Below are positions 25,474 through 38,300 of a stretch of 64,000 bases of DNA, one piece after another. The position numbers and the translations under genes are program-made. The stretch spans positions 8,358,275-8,422,274 of the forward strand of contig NC_134032.1 of NCBI RefSeq assembly GCF_964204645.1, written 5' to 3'. Origin of the DNA: Tubulanus polymorphus (Eukaryota > Animalia > Nemertea). Positions within the stretch are counted from its first letter, which is position 1. Each line of letters starts with the position of its first letter. The notes beneath the pieces are model-generated. The model was not told the origin of the DNA. It saw only the letters and a list, made by a program, of their open reading frames with translations, and made no database searches.

Positions 25474-27064
25474 ATGAACGTAGATGATGGATTAAAAAGT
25501 ATTGATAACATATTTTCTGGCCATCAGTTACCAAAAATAGATTTGTAAATGTTTCCTCGATTCGAAACTGTGTATACTGATTCATACAAGCACTTGAAAA
25601 ATGAACAATTAGGCGAACTCGAAATTAAATCGCGAATTTATCATTCATTTCATAATTCGGTAACCAAGAACGGTTCGGATATAGTGGAGTCTGCATATGC
25701 ATGAATACTGTAACCCTGTGATTATATTTTAGCTTAAGATATTAGTACTTTGTTTTAGTTAATATCATATCCTTGTTTTAGTTAATATCATATCCTTCAT
25801 ATTGTTTATCAGTTATTTATTGAATATCTCCTATAGTCTATTTCACCACATTTTTCTATAACAACAAGTAATTAATTATTCATTAAGTGATTGTGTGACT
25901 CTGCCATCGCGTTGGTCAGCTGAGTAGTTTGTTAGTTAACATGTCTGTCACTAATTATCAACTCATTAATTATTCACTCACAGTTACTCATGTTTCATCA
26001 CACTCTTGCGTCCCGCTGTTTGTTAACATGTATATATACTCTATATTCTGTAAAATAAAATCTTGGATCCGGAACACGGCAGGCCCTTTCCATCTAACCT
26101 GAAGCCTCCTTTACTTGGGTACAAGAGAGCCCCTTTGTCACCTTTGGCAGCTAAACTTCTAAAGTCTTTCGACGAAAATCGTGCGTAAGGCCACCAAATC
26201 GGCCTAGGCAGAATACCCGGAACTAAAAACGTAATAGGCACCTTAAACTGACCAAGGAAACGTAAAACGGCACCCACCATAAAAAAAACGGAGGGAAAAT
26301 GTAGCAGTTTCGCCAATTGGCAAGATCATGCGAAAAAAGGACTCAACCTCCCGGCGGAGAGAGGGATAGCCCAGGGGGTGAAATGCTGCAGAACTTTCCC
26401 CTGCAGATCTAACATTGCATTTAAGTCAAGCGCCATTAAGTCGACAGAATGCCCAAGAAGGCCCCTGAACCACGATTGAACATTCCCCCGACCAGGGGAA
26501 AGCTTAGCGTCCATCTTCGAAAGAACCCGAGAGGGGGCATCCGCCCCATTCTCTTTAGAAGGGATGTAGAACAACTTAAGAAGGATGTTTAAATCTACCA
26601 CGACATAAAACAATTTTTTTCAACGCTTCGTTCAGAGGCTTAGATATTGATCCCTGCTTTCCCCAGGCTCCAATAAGAGCCTATTATCTACATAAGCGCC
26701 GACACTGGAATCACGAAGGTGAACCGAATAAGACTGAAGGGTCTTCACTAAGGCCAAAGTCTCCTTGACATTAATATGGGCCTCAACCTCCTTTCCTATC
26801 CAGTAATCACTCACTTCAATCTGGGAGCCATCTACCGTGGCGGATCCACCCAATCTAAAACCCGGCGCATCCGAAAGAAGTGTGACCGTAGAGTGGTATT
26901 CAGGGCGCCAGGGCCAAACGTGATCCCAGTCGTCTAGAACCACCCAATGTGCAATCTCGTCACGGAGATCGCCCTCGATTGGAATCGTAGCGGGAATAGC
27001 CATAGAGAAAAAGGCGAGTTTACCCACAAACCTTTGTATAGTCTTAAGAGTAACCCTGTCCTCT

Positions 27065-28199
27065 CGGTGTTGTCATATCGCGGAAAGACGGAATCGCGGA
27101 ATTTTCCAAAAACGCGGAATTTCTTCATTCTTACTTTAAATAGAAAACGGGTTTTCCCACGGGGGATACCCACTGTCGGACAGGGCACCGGACCGATCGA
27201 TGCAACGAGTTAGGTTCGAGTCCCATTATTTGCAGGCAATTTTATATGGAATTATTATATTACGATACCGTTGACTGGCTGCCACCTGTAGAAGAAGTCA
27301 GAATCAAGTGGGGTGAAAGAGACCAGGCACCTAATGTCTATTTCTACTGGGCAAACTTCGGTTATCGAAGTTCATCGACTTTTTGAGAACTTCAGAAACG
27401 AATATTATCAGATAAATATTGAGCACGTTCGCGGTGTCGGACCGTAGTTGTAGATGGTTGCAAACATGAAATCCTACGACCAAACAAGAATCGGTTCAAA
27501 TTCCTTCGTCAAATTCGTCCAGTACCGGTACCAATGAGATTCTTTTGATCCAAATAATCAGCATAGGAACATATATGTTATAGCAGTCACAAAGAAAACA
27601 TTAAAAAAAAACGAAATCATTTTATAATCTTTCATAGCATTTAATTCTAAAAGATAAACCACATTGCTTATAACAACAATGTAGACACACAACACGCATG
27701 AACAATCCTAAGCCAGAATGAAATGTACATAATGTCTATTTATTTTCGTCTGACATCGATCCAGTTCCACAGTTGTGAGTTAACTCTGAGTTACTTAGAA
27801 TCAATTCATTTCCGATGTTTTAAATCCAGAGACCAGAGTCAAATCTTAACTCGGAACTGAGTCCTGGAGAATGACCCATGGTGTCATCAAAAATCCTACG
27901 TTTACGTACCATCGATTTGTATTCCTTCAGTTAATGCAGCGATACTCTGTATCACTGAATTCGCAAAGCACGTATTGCCTAGGTTCTACATTATTTGGAA
28001 CAGTATCGTTAAGTTGTTGACTGGCGATATAATAAATTATCAAATACTAATTCCCGTGGTTGAAAACCTGGGTCCGATGCCCTGTCCGACAGTGGGTATC
28101 CCCGTGGGAAAACCCGTTTACTATTTATAGTTAACATGAAGAAATTCCGCGTTTTTGGAAAATTCCGCGATTCCGTCTTTCCGCGATATGACAACACCG
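27065..28199. mobile_element. Non-autonomous TIR transposon (Mutator-like) inserted in the DIRS RT/RNase H junction
   Basis: ~130-bp TIRs CGGTGTTGTCATATCGCGGAAAGACGG; 9-bp TSD CTGTCCTCT at 27056-27064 and 28200-28208. Confidence 0.85.
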
Positions 28200-29759
28200 C
28201 TGTCCTCTGCAGGAATCTCCTCTCGAAGCTTCTTAAACTCGAATGAGAAAGCACTGTCTAATCGTGTCTGTAACCATACCTAACCAAACTTTAGAATTAG
28301 ATGGATCTATCTCGGACTTTGGAAGGCTGATGAAATAACCAAGCCGAATAAGAACTTGAGCCACCATGTAAATTGCTAAGTTTGCTCTCTAAAACCCTGT
28401 ATCTCTCCAGGCTGTCGAGTGCATAATTCACCTACTGCTCTATCGTCGATATATTGCAAATCTGGGACCCCTAGAGAACGCTAATAGTTATAGGAACCAT
28501 GCCAATCAACTGATAAATGAACGCCGAGGCTTTAAATCCAAAGGGAATGACCCTATAAACATAGTACTCGCCCTTCCAAAGTAGCCCAAGATAAGGTTCG
28601 CTTTCAGAAGATACCCGTACGTGATCATAACCACTCTAATCGTCTAACGTTGTGAAAAAAACAGTTTTCTTTGAAAATGTACGGGACCATATTAAGTCTG
28701 TCAAGCGAGAAAGGACAATCTTTAACCCAGAGGTTCAGGAAACGTTCGTCGTGACAAAGCCTCGGCTTGGTGGGTTCTGCAGTTAAAGGCATAACCAAAG
28801 TAGGGTGAACGCATTCCCCCACCTTTCCCCATCGTCCCAAAGAACCATTGCAAATCCTTTCTTGTAAAGACTTAGAAATGAAATCCTCGAATCCCACACA
28901 TGATTTGTTATTAGCCAAATGGATACGAGAGGGGGCGACCGAGTCATACAAAGTTCCACCAAACTGCCCTTTAAAAGGTTTTAAAGATCCGGGATATGAA
29001 CGCCTTTAACGACCCAATTCCTGACCTTCGTGTCATTGGGTCCGAACATTTTGACCATTGTTCCGGGAAGTTTAAGACGTTTCCCGCGCAAAATGTCCCC
29101 GGATCAGGGAAGCTCTAATTAACCGGGGAGATGAATCGGAAAGTCCAAGGATCTGAAGCAACCTCTTCTGCGGAGACGAAATGGCTAAGACGCTGAACAG
29201 GTGATCCTTCTAACAGGTGATCTTACCACAATCTCTTCTGAGGAAAACGGGGACTGGAGCTGAAACAAAAGGATCAAATCTCCTAGTAACCCAAAAGGAT
29301 CTCCTGCCAACCCCTAGCCAACATGACAGAGCCATGTAAACGGGCAGCTAAGAGACCCGCGGCTAGAAGGAAAGCAGAGGAAGAAAGACAAAAACAAGTC
29401 TATAAATACATTGAGAAGATTTTTTAATAAATGTCCTCAACAAGTAACAAGAATCATGCTAATACACAATGAAACAAACCGGTTGTCTATAAAGAAATTA
29501 AGATAGAGGAGCAAGAAATCTACCCATATCGACCCACACGTCACCGCACCCGTCGATGTATAACTGTCTGCTCTAAAAAAAAACAATGAAATCAGACAAA
29601 GGAAATAAAGGAAATTCCACCACTCAAATGCTCAAATACTACATATAAATGAGTGAATATGAGAATGATAGATCAGTTATAAATCGACCGGCAAATAATA
29701 CTATCGTACACACGGGGAAGCAACTTTAATGCGGAGGTTTTTGGGATGAACCCCCGCGG

Positions 29760-30800
29760 TTATAATTATGTTTTGTGATCCTGAAATTCCTGAAAATCCA
29801 ATGAAAATACGAGAGTGAATCTTTAATTGCAGATTGGGTTTATTTGATGAAATCCAAAGTCAGAATAATAAGATATTAAAAGTCATAGTTCATACATTTG
29901 AATATACATGATTATACTAATAATAACTGAGATTATACATCATATCGTCATAACACCTTGTTGACTAATTATATAAATATATATATGTATATATATACAG
30001 AGTACTCAAATTGCCAGCTTAAGTTTTAGTTTGTAATTCGAATATATGCGTCTTGCATGGTTTAAAGCAAAACCTAATTTCAGTAATTTGTAATTCTAAT
30101 TTACATTCGATTTCTTTAATAGTCCAGATCCATAAGGATCGGTAGAATACTTCACTCGGGGGAGGCGAGAATATAGCAGACAAATTATACTATATTGTTT
30201 TAGGCCTAAGCTAAGTTGTAATAAATGGAAACACTATGAATAACAAAGTGTACTAAATATCTTACCTGAAAATCCAATGAAAATACGAGAGTGAATCTTT
30301 AATTGCAGATTGGGTTTATTTGATGAAATCCAAAGTCAGAATAACCCAGCTAGGCCTGAGCTGGACCTTGATGACTCTGGCTCCACCTACAAACCCAATC
30401 TAGCAAAGATTCATCTGATTGGAGGATCCAGGTACTTGGGCTCTGACAACGGATAGATGCCAGATTGCCAAGAAAACAAACTTTGTAATTAGTGTCACCA
30501 TTAAGTATCTAGGCAAATGTTGGTGTTTGTTGACTTTAAGATACTATGAGAACAAAGCTTCTCAGACCAGAGTAACTAGGCTTGGCAGTCATAAATGGTA
30601 CAAAGAGAAACAAGAAAATAATCTCAGATATAAAATGATTGATAAAATGTTATTTTTCAAAAATGTAACTCTGATATTTTAAAAGCTATATTTATGCAGA
30701 TCAAATCTATGTCTACCATGACATAGTTATTCCAAAAATGAAACTGCCAAATCAAGAAAGTACGTTTTGGAAAAATGAATAATATTGGTTTGCTATACAA
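29760..30800 (-). mobile_element. Probable solo LTR inserted in the DIRS element
   Basis: Internal 79-bp direct repeat (29790-29868, 30266-30344) containing a minus-strand AATAAA. Same architecture as the LTRs at 38301 and 41208. Termini and TSD not clearly resolved. Confidence 0.5.
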
Positions 30801-33712
30801 CCGTGATTAGACCTTGTCCTTCCTATCAGGACAGGATTTAATGTAATGCCCTCTACCCTTACAACCGACACACACAGTATTCCTTAGAAGGAGCGGGCGT
30901 CCAACGGCGGTTGAAACTCCCCCGACCCCTAAAGGAGTGAAAACCATAGAAGTGCGGTCTCCACGGATTAGACCAGCCAAATGGAAAAGAATCAAGTGCC
31001 TCTTTCCTCTCCGGTTTCAGATCCGGAGGCTGGGGTTTATGCTCCTTCCATGTAGCAGCTATTTAAGCAACTTTCTTATCTTTCGGGGAGCCTATGAGAC
31101 GGAGAGCCAAAGGTTGCAGAGCGTCAGAGTCGATATCTTCCTTAACAGACCGCACAACCGACTTATTGAACTTGGCCTCCTTGGCGTTTTCTTTGGCTGC
31201 TTTATTCTCCAAATTTTCAAGGCAACCCAAAAGATAGAAACGATCGAAATAGTTTTTTGGCCTTCTCGCAACCGCCCTTACCTGCTCTAAGGGGGCTTCC
31301 AGAGAAAGATCCGCCAAACTCTTCAATCATCCTTCAAGGGACGAAATCCTAGCCAACAGAGCTTCACTGCACGACCCGTCCACGAGCGAGCTCGAACAAG
31401 GATCCTTCGGATCAGGATCTGGTTTCTTCCGTTTAAAACATGGCAACTCAGGTGTACCCACGACCACCTCGTTCGCGTGAAGTATCAAGAAGTGAATGAA
31501 TTGCACAGGCTTATCGGACGGCCAGTTTGCAACTTCGAGCAAGTGCTCGAGCTTCTTTCCTGACAAAACAAAAATGGTAAACACAAATAAACCAAAAGAT
31601 CTCAATTCCGCCCCGCAGAAACAGAAAACGCAGACAGAACAAGAGTTGCCGGTTAGAAAATACGTCACGTCCTTCAAATACTTCCCAGGAGCAGTCTCCA
31701 AATGTTTAAGGCGCTCAAATCTTGCTAGGGCGCTTATAATCGTGTCACACCGCGCTGAAACTGATCTCAGGAAGTCGAAAATATCGACCCCACCAACGAA
31801 TCGGCCTTCTTCAAAACGACAGGATCCATAACAAGACACCAGACGAAAGCGTACTGACAACCAAGGGAAGTATGGCTATATATCCCCAGAACACGGAATC
31901 AAATGCAAACCTCAGGATTGAGAAAAGAAAGAAAAACAAACCACAAAGGGTTCCACGATACGCAACGAAAAGGCAAACAAAGGGTAAAGGACCACAAAAC
32001 CGAGACAAACCTAGCTCAACACAACACCCAATCCTTAACGCCAACCAAAGCGAAAATTCTACACTATGAAAACCCAAAAATAGAAGCCAACCAAGGGAAA
32101 CTTGTAGACAAAGGTGGAAACGATACCAAAAGCACCGAGAAGTAAATAAAACAGATCACCGTAACAAACATAATCCTAAAAACCCCACCACCAAACAGGG
32201 TTAAAGGAACTACAGAAGACGGTTGAAGAATCCTTAATCAAAAATGTTATTAATTAATATCTGTATCTTAACGGTTTTTTTTTTGTTTTTTTTTAAACTT
32301 CATTTACAAGAAACTTAAATCCGGGGAAAGACTGTAAGATCACGACCAGAGATGCACCAACTCGCACCCGAGGGTTCGCACATGGACATAAATGAACATG
32401 CAAAACCCGAACTCCCTCAAAGAAAAACCGACAGCAGTCCACTAACCGCTCCAAAATCGAAACACAACAAATGAACTGGCAGAGGATGAAAACAAAGCAA
32501 CGAAAGGGTGACCCACGAGCAAATACGAAAAAGCGAATGCAATCAACCAGAACACCAAATCCTACCAAAAGCTCAAGCTATCCTCTCGCAACCGACCTTA
32601 ACGAACACTAGATTCCTGGATCTAAACAAACACCATCGAGCTCCAAAATATTCAAAACAACTCAACAACTCCCGATTGGATCTTAAAAATCAATCTAAAA
32701 CCTAAAATCCCTTCAACTAATCGATTAACATCATGAAACCAAATGAAACTAAATTAACATACACGATCCTCAAATCCCATATGAAACTCTCCAAAATCAA
32801 CCAATACAAAATCTCTCACACAGAAAGTTCTCTTTTCAAATTCAAACAGAGGTCACAGCAATGGACCCGACTGAATGCTCTAGACCACCACGCACTAAAT
32901 CGATACAAACTCAACATAAAAGAACCAACCGAGGGTAAAAAGGAAAATCCAAGAAAAGGTGACGCATACAAGCGTATGCAAAAGGGCGAGGAAATAACAC
33001 CAACGAAACCTAGGGCCTAAAACCTATACCACCACAAATAATTAGAAATGATTCCAAAATATAAAAATTGGATATTCTTTTTTTTTAATGTTTTTTTTTT
33101 TAATTCCATATCCTTTGCTTCCTCTCTACTCCTTTTTTAAATCCTTTAATCCTTGGACTCTTAGAAAACTTCTTTTTTTCTTTCGATCTCTAAACTTCTG
33201 TTACTCAAGAATTAAAATATATCATACTCCATCAACTCAATCTCCGGTCTACTACCAAAGCAGACCCACGACGTTAGACTAAAACGTCAGATTCAAGCCT
33301 CCGGTTTGCTAGTCAGGCAAACTCACGGCGTTTGACCAAAACGCCAGGCTTAGCCTCTCGGTTCGCTGGTCAAGCAAACTCAACGACGATACCCAGAACG
33401 TCAGGCTACAAGTAAAAATCTCACCAGCCTCCGTGGATCCACTACGAGAGTAGATTCACGATGTTTGAACAAAAATAAAACAGGCTTGACCTCCGGTTTG
33501 CTGGTCAAGCAGAGCCTCTCGGTCCGGCTAACTCAACGACGATACTCCGAACGTCCGGCTCAAAACAAAGAAAACTCCCCACAGGCAATACACACACGCA
33601 AACTCAGCCAACGTGAAAGGAAACACGTCCTGCGGCTTTGAAAATCATTGACTACTTCCGTAAGTCCGCAGCGCCGCGTGGTGAGAATAGCCTCATGTAG
33701 CCATCGCTGTGT

Positions 33713-36075
33713 ATCTACATCTACATCTACATAGGATACTGCATATGAACCGCGATCGCGCGTTTTACGATGCAGGGGGAAGGTGGTGCGATTTGGTGGT
33801 GGGTACTGAGGCAGCAGAACATATCACATGGCTCATCTCCTGACTGATGTTGTTCCAGTCCACAACTGTTCTCGGGAAGAAGCAGTTTCGAAACTCCTCG
33901 GTCGATGTTCTAAACTGTAGCAGTTTACAATCGTTCCGCCGTCTAGTTCTTCCGGATCCTTTGTTGATGTAATTTTCTTTGTGGATAGCAGGGACTGTTC
34001 CGTTTACTATTCCAGCCATGAGCGCTATGCGATTTTCTTGGCGGCGGGAGGTTAGGCTTGACCAATTCAGTTCCTCCAGCATTCTTGTGACGCTATTGGT
34101 ACGCTTATAGTTTCCGGTCACGACTCTCGCGGAGATCTCGAGATGTTCAATGTTCTTTCGGTGGTACGGTTCCCAGACTGTCGACGCATACTCAAGCTTC
34201 GATGTGACCAGTGAAATATAGGCTACCTCCTTTAGAGGTTTCGGGGCGTACCGAAGGTTACGCGTTACAACGCCCAGGGTCCTGCTAGCAGAGGCAACGG
34301 TTGAGTTGATGTGGGTATCCCATTTCATGTCATTTGACAGCGTGATACCCAGATAAGGTGTTGAGGTGACAGTCTTCAGGATGTGGTTTCCTAGCGTGTA
34401 CGGTCTACTTGATGATTGACGGGTGATCGGTAGGATGTAACACTTAGCTGCATTAAAACACATGCCCCAGGTTTCCGCCCGTGCCTGCAATGAGTCGAGG
34501 TCCTGTTGTAGGGTGTGCTGGTCCTTGATGGAGTTTATTTCCCTATACAACAGGCAGTCAGCACTCCTGACTCTACTGTAACCGATGCTGACTTAGCCCC
34601 TCCACGATAACTTCCTGGACTCTCCCGCAAAGAAAGTCAGCAATCCAGTCGCGAGTTGCTCCTTGGATTCCGTAGTTGTCGAGTTTCATTAGTAGACGCT
34701 GGTGGGGTACCTTGTCGAAGGCCTTCTAAAATCTAACACAGCCACATCAATCTGTTTCTTCTTATCAAAGGACTCAAACAAGTCGTGCATAGTTACTATC
34801 AGCTGTCTCACAAGAGTGACCCTTTCTGAAGCCGTGTTCATTTGATGACAAGATACCGTGCTCTTCGCAATGTTTGAGAATGCTTCTACATATTATATGC
34901 TCGAGAAGCTTGCTACAAACACATGTTAAAGAGACGGGTCTATAATTTTCTGCTTTGTGACGGTCGCCCTTCTTGTAGACAGGTGTTATGAATGCTTTCT
35001 TCCAATCCGAGGGAAGTTTGCCCTGTTGTAGCGACTGTTGGAAAATTGCTGTGAGGATTGGTGCTATCTCTTCTGCAGCCTCTTTCAGTACACGATTCTG
35101 GATGGCATCTGGCCCACAGGCTTTTCCTGGATTGAGATCAGCTAGTAATTTACACACCCCGTCCTCATCAACAACTGTGTCATTTGCTGGGGGGAATTTT
35201 CGCCCGTGTACCGGCGGGCCTTGGATTCGGCATTACTGAACAGTGTGCGCTTAGGGGGGATACACCCGTACTGTCTTTTTTCTTCGATTTAATCTGCAAA
35301 AGGAGCGATTGCGATTCCTCAAGCGATTGGTTTAGAACTCTCTGGACGTATTTTCGATGAGCAGCATTTAGCAATCGACTGGTTAGCTTCTTTTGGGATT
35401 TGTAACGTGCCATGGCTGCATCTGAGTAGTTTCTCTTCATTCTAGATTGCTTTCCTTACGGTGTGGTTTAACCATGGTAGGCTATTTTTGTAACCACCTA
35501 CTGTATTATGGGGGATAGTTTCCTGGGTTATACGCTGGATACCAGCTCTAAACATCATCCAATTTGAATCCACCGATCGCTTGTCGAACTCATCATTGAT
35601 GATGTCTTTACCTAGGTTCCTCACTTCCGATTTTAACTTCGGCCAGTCCGCTTTCCTGAAACAAGGCACCTTACGCTTTGGAGTTTTGGTCATCATTGGT
35701 CTGCGTCTGCGATCACGGTTTCATGGTCACTCAGCCCAGGTGCAGTTTGTATCTTTTTCACTAAGGAGGGGTTGGATCTAATAAGTAGATCCAGTAATCT
35801 TCTCTTGTTTGCTCTACCTGTATTTGTGATAGCCCATGTTGGTTTTGGATATCAATCAGTCTCTGGCAACTCCTGGTTTATAAGCACCCGAGAGGACTCA
35901 GTGTGTATCCCAGTCGATGCCTCCACAGTTGAAGTCATCGCCCAGGATGATTGTTTTCTCAGCACTTTTATCGGGCAGGCGGTTTAGCGACTCATTGAGT
36001 TGTTCAAGTTGTTCTGCATTCTCATCAGGGGGCCTATAGAAACTCCCGACAAATAACGACTTGCAGTTTGCTAGA
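33713..36075 (-). mobile_element. 5'-truncated CR1-group LINE (partial APE endonuclease + RT), degraded
   Basis: GSFYRPP and GDDFN endonuclease motifs; KACGPDAI, NYRPVSLT, YLGITL, FFPRTVVDWN; 3' (ATGTAG)n microsatellite tail at ~33713-33731. Confidence 0.88.
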
Positions 36076-37470
36076 TGTACCTTGACCCAGATGATTTCAG
36101 CCTTTGAGTCTGCGTCGGGTAGGTGTAGATAAACCTACGATACATACGAGCTTCAAAGGATTGGCAGTTTGAATGATTTAAAACTGTTAGTTGTTTTTTT
36201 GTATTCTGTGCCATATGTGGCGGGGGGCAATGGAGCAGTTGCATCCAGAAATATTTGTAAAAGTACCTTTTTTGCAAATATGATCGTTTTCTTATAGAAC
36301 CACCCTTTTTCTGGGTTCTCTGCCCTAAAAATTCATATGTTAGTTACGAAAATTAGTTCTGAAGACTGCTCAAGCACAACGGCCCTAATATATCTGAAAC
36401 CATGGGGTTAATTTGACCCCGTGCCCAGAATCGCGGTTTTGTGAGTTTAATTTTACTTTAGGCCACACCAAAAGAAAACCCTGTTTCTCGGGCCCGACCG
36501 ACCCGATATTTCGCCATTTCAAATAATCATTTTCAGAATAGAATATAATTGCCTACCGACCCTTTTTCAAAATTTTGGGTGAAATAACTTCTTTTTAAAT
36601 GTATGTGCAACCGACCGACTACCAAACTCTCAATTCTTGTAAATTCTCGTAAATATTTTTTTCTTTTTAATTCAATCGTGATGCCGGCACTGATATCAAC
36701 ATTCAAGTGCAACAGGTGAAAAAGTATTTTCAGCTGAAATTTGTTCAACCGTGAATGATCGTTTAACTACGTACGTTTCGTTAGTTACGTCATCTAACAT
36801 GGCAGTACACGTGATATTTCTTGATTCTGCGCACATGGTGGAAGATTAAATGTTAACTTTAAGCCCAATGAAATAAATCATTACCATTTCTTTGAACTGA
36901 TGCAATATCTCGGTACCGAGCTTTCATTATAACACCAATAATTGTGACTGATAAAGACTGGCTTAATTTTAATCAAATGGTCATTTTTATGAAGATGGCC
37001 ACAAATCACGAACCCATGGAATAACCGGGTATTGCAAGTATCTTCAGTCTACTATAAATACCACTAACATGCCGACTCGACTCAAAGATTTGGCACCATA
37101 ATAGCCACAGTTTACGCATATAGGCATTTCGTAAGTTGAAAAATATTACGGAGCCCTCAACAAACCCTGAAAGCAAATCACCGCATCTACTGCAATGGCG
37201 ATTTACGTTACAGCATTGTGTCGATTGCATGCATTCTCTGTAGCTCAAGTCGTAGGATTATCCGCGACAGTCATCCAGTACTATTGAAAACTAGACTATG
37301 CGTTCTACTCGTACTTGAGAATATCCAATTATCTCACAATAGCTCTATTGTAAGCAAGAAAATGCGACATGGTAGAATCTATCTCGCTTTAAAGCTGGGT
37401 CGTGCAATAAAATAAACTGATTTGTTCACTTAACAGCGGCCACGGCATGTATACAAAATGATAAAATACG

Positions 37471-37712
37471 CAGGCGCGGATCCAGGATTTTTTCCAGAAG
37501 GGGGTTCATAAAGAATGTTAAGTTTATACCGCTTACTAAAATCTCTGATAGGGGACCTATATGGCATATTGTTTGGCCAAACATAAGATGATATTTGTGC
37601 CGATAATGTGGTACTGTTCGCCCGCGTTTTCTTGAGTACATTCCTTCAAGAAAACGATTCAAAGATTTTTTGGCAGCTGGCAGGGGGTTACCCCTCTCTG
37701 GGTCCGCGCTTG
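37471..37712. mobile_element. MITE with CAGGCGCGGATCCAG-type TIRs
   Basis: caggcgcggatccag ... ctgggtccgcgcttg, with ATACG on both flanks. Confidence 0.6.
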
Positions 37713-38300
37713 ATACGCATTGGATGAAAGGTTTTTAAGTGGATCTTAACATTGTGGTCCAATAGTCCCTTTGGTTTTGGTTTCGGTGTTATTCATATTT
37801 TTCACTTTTATATTTCTGTCAGTTCGGATAGCTTATTTATACCACCTAAATGCTTTGTTCATCATTTCTACTTTATTCAGGTTCGTTTTATTCCTCTTAT
37901 ATCTACGTTCATCCGGCGATAGTTTCTCCTAGGTTTTTTGAATCTTGGACTTAACCCCTTATCATTAGTGACCGTTTCCTCAATTTTTACCCTTTTCTTC
38001 TCTAAACCGATTATTAAAACTGCAGTATTGATCATAATATCAGTTAGAATATTACTCGCACCTCCAGCGTCGGTATTATGATGTAATAGTTCTATATTAA
38101 GTTAATCAATCAATTGGTTCTTATTTTGTGGTTTCAGCTTAATTCTATTGGTTCCAACTCTTCTTTATCCCATCTAATCATAGCATTTTGACGTATTGAC
38201 GTATATAACGTTTGACGAATGATCCCGTTGATTCGGTTTTGGTAAAATCCCACTTCTGATTTGGCGGGGGAGCGTAATCCTAATAGCGGAACTTAGTAAC

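Larger units (their letters stand above)
26040..33700 (-). mobile_element. Decayed DIRS/Ngaro-type retrotransposon (gag, RT, RNase H, methyltransferase-like domain); boundaries approximate
   Basis: Gag knuckle CVGCKGRGHYIKSC (30807-30995); RT KPRLCHDERFLNLW (28625-28951); RNase H HINVKETLA / YVDN / YIPSKENGADAPSR; MT-like DLMA..N and FP..VLRFL..VP..P.WWP. Many frameshifts. No tyrosine recombinase seen. Confidence 0.75.

Noticed and set aside
31327-33282. Several 60-180-aa ORFs on both strands
   Set aside because: Compositionally biased sequence in the DIRS 5' region with no recognisable motifs, apart from the gag-proximal part.
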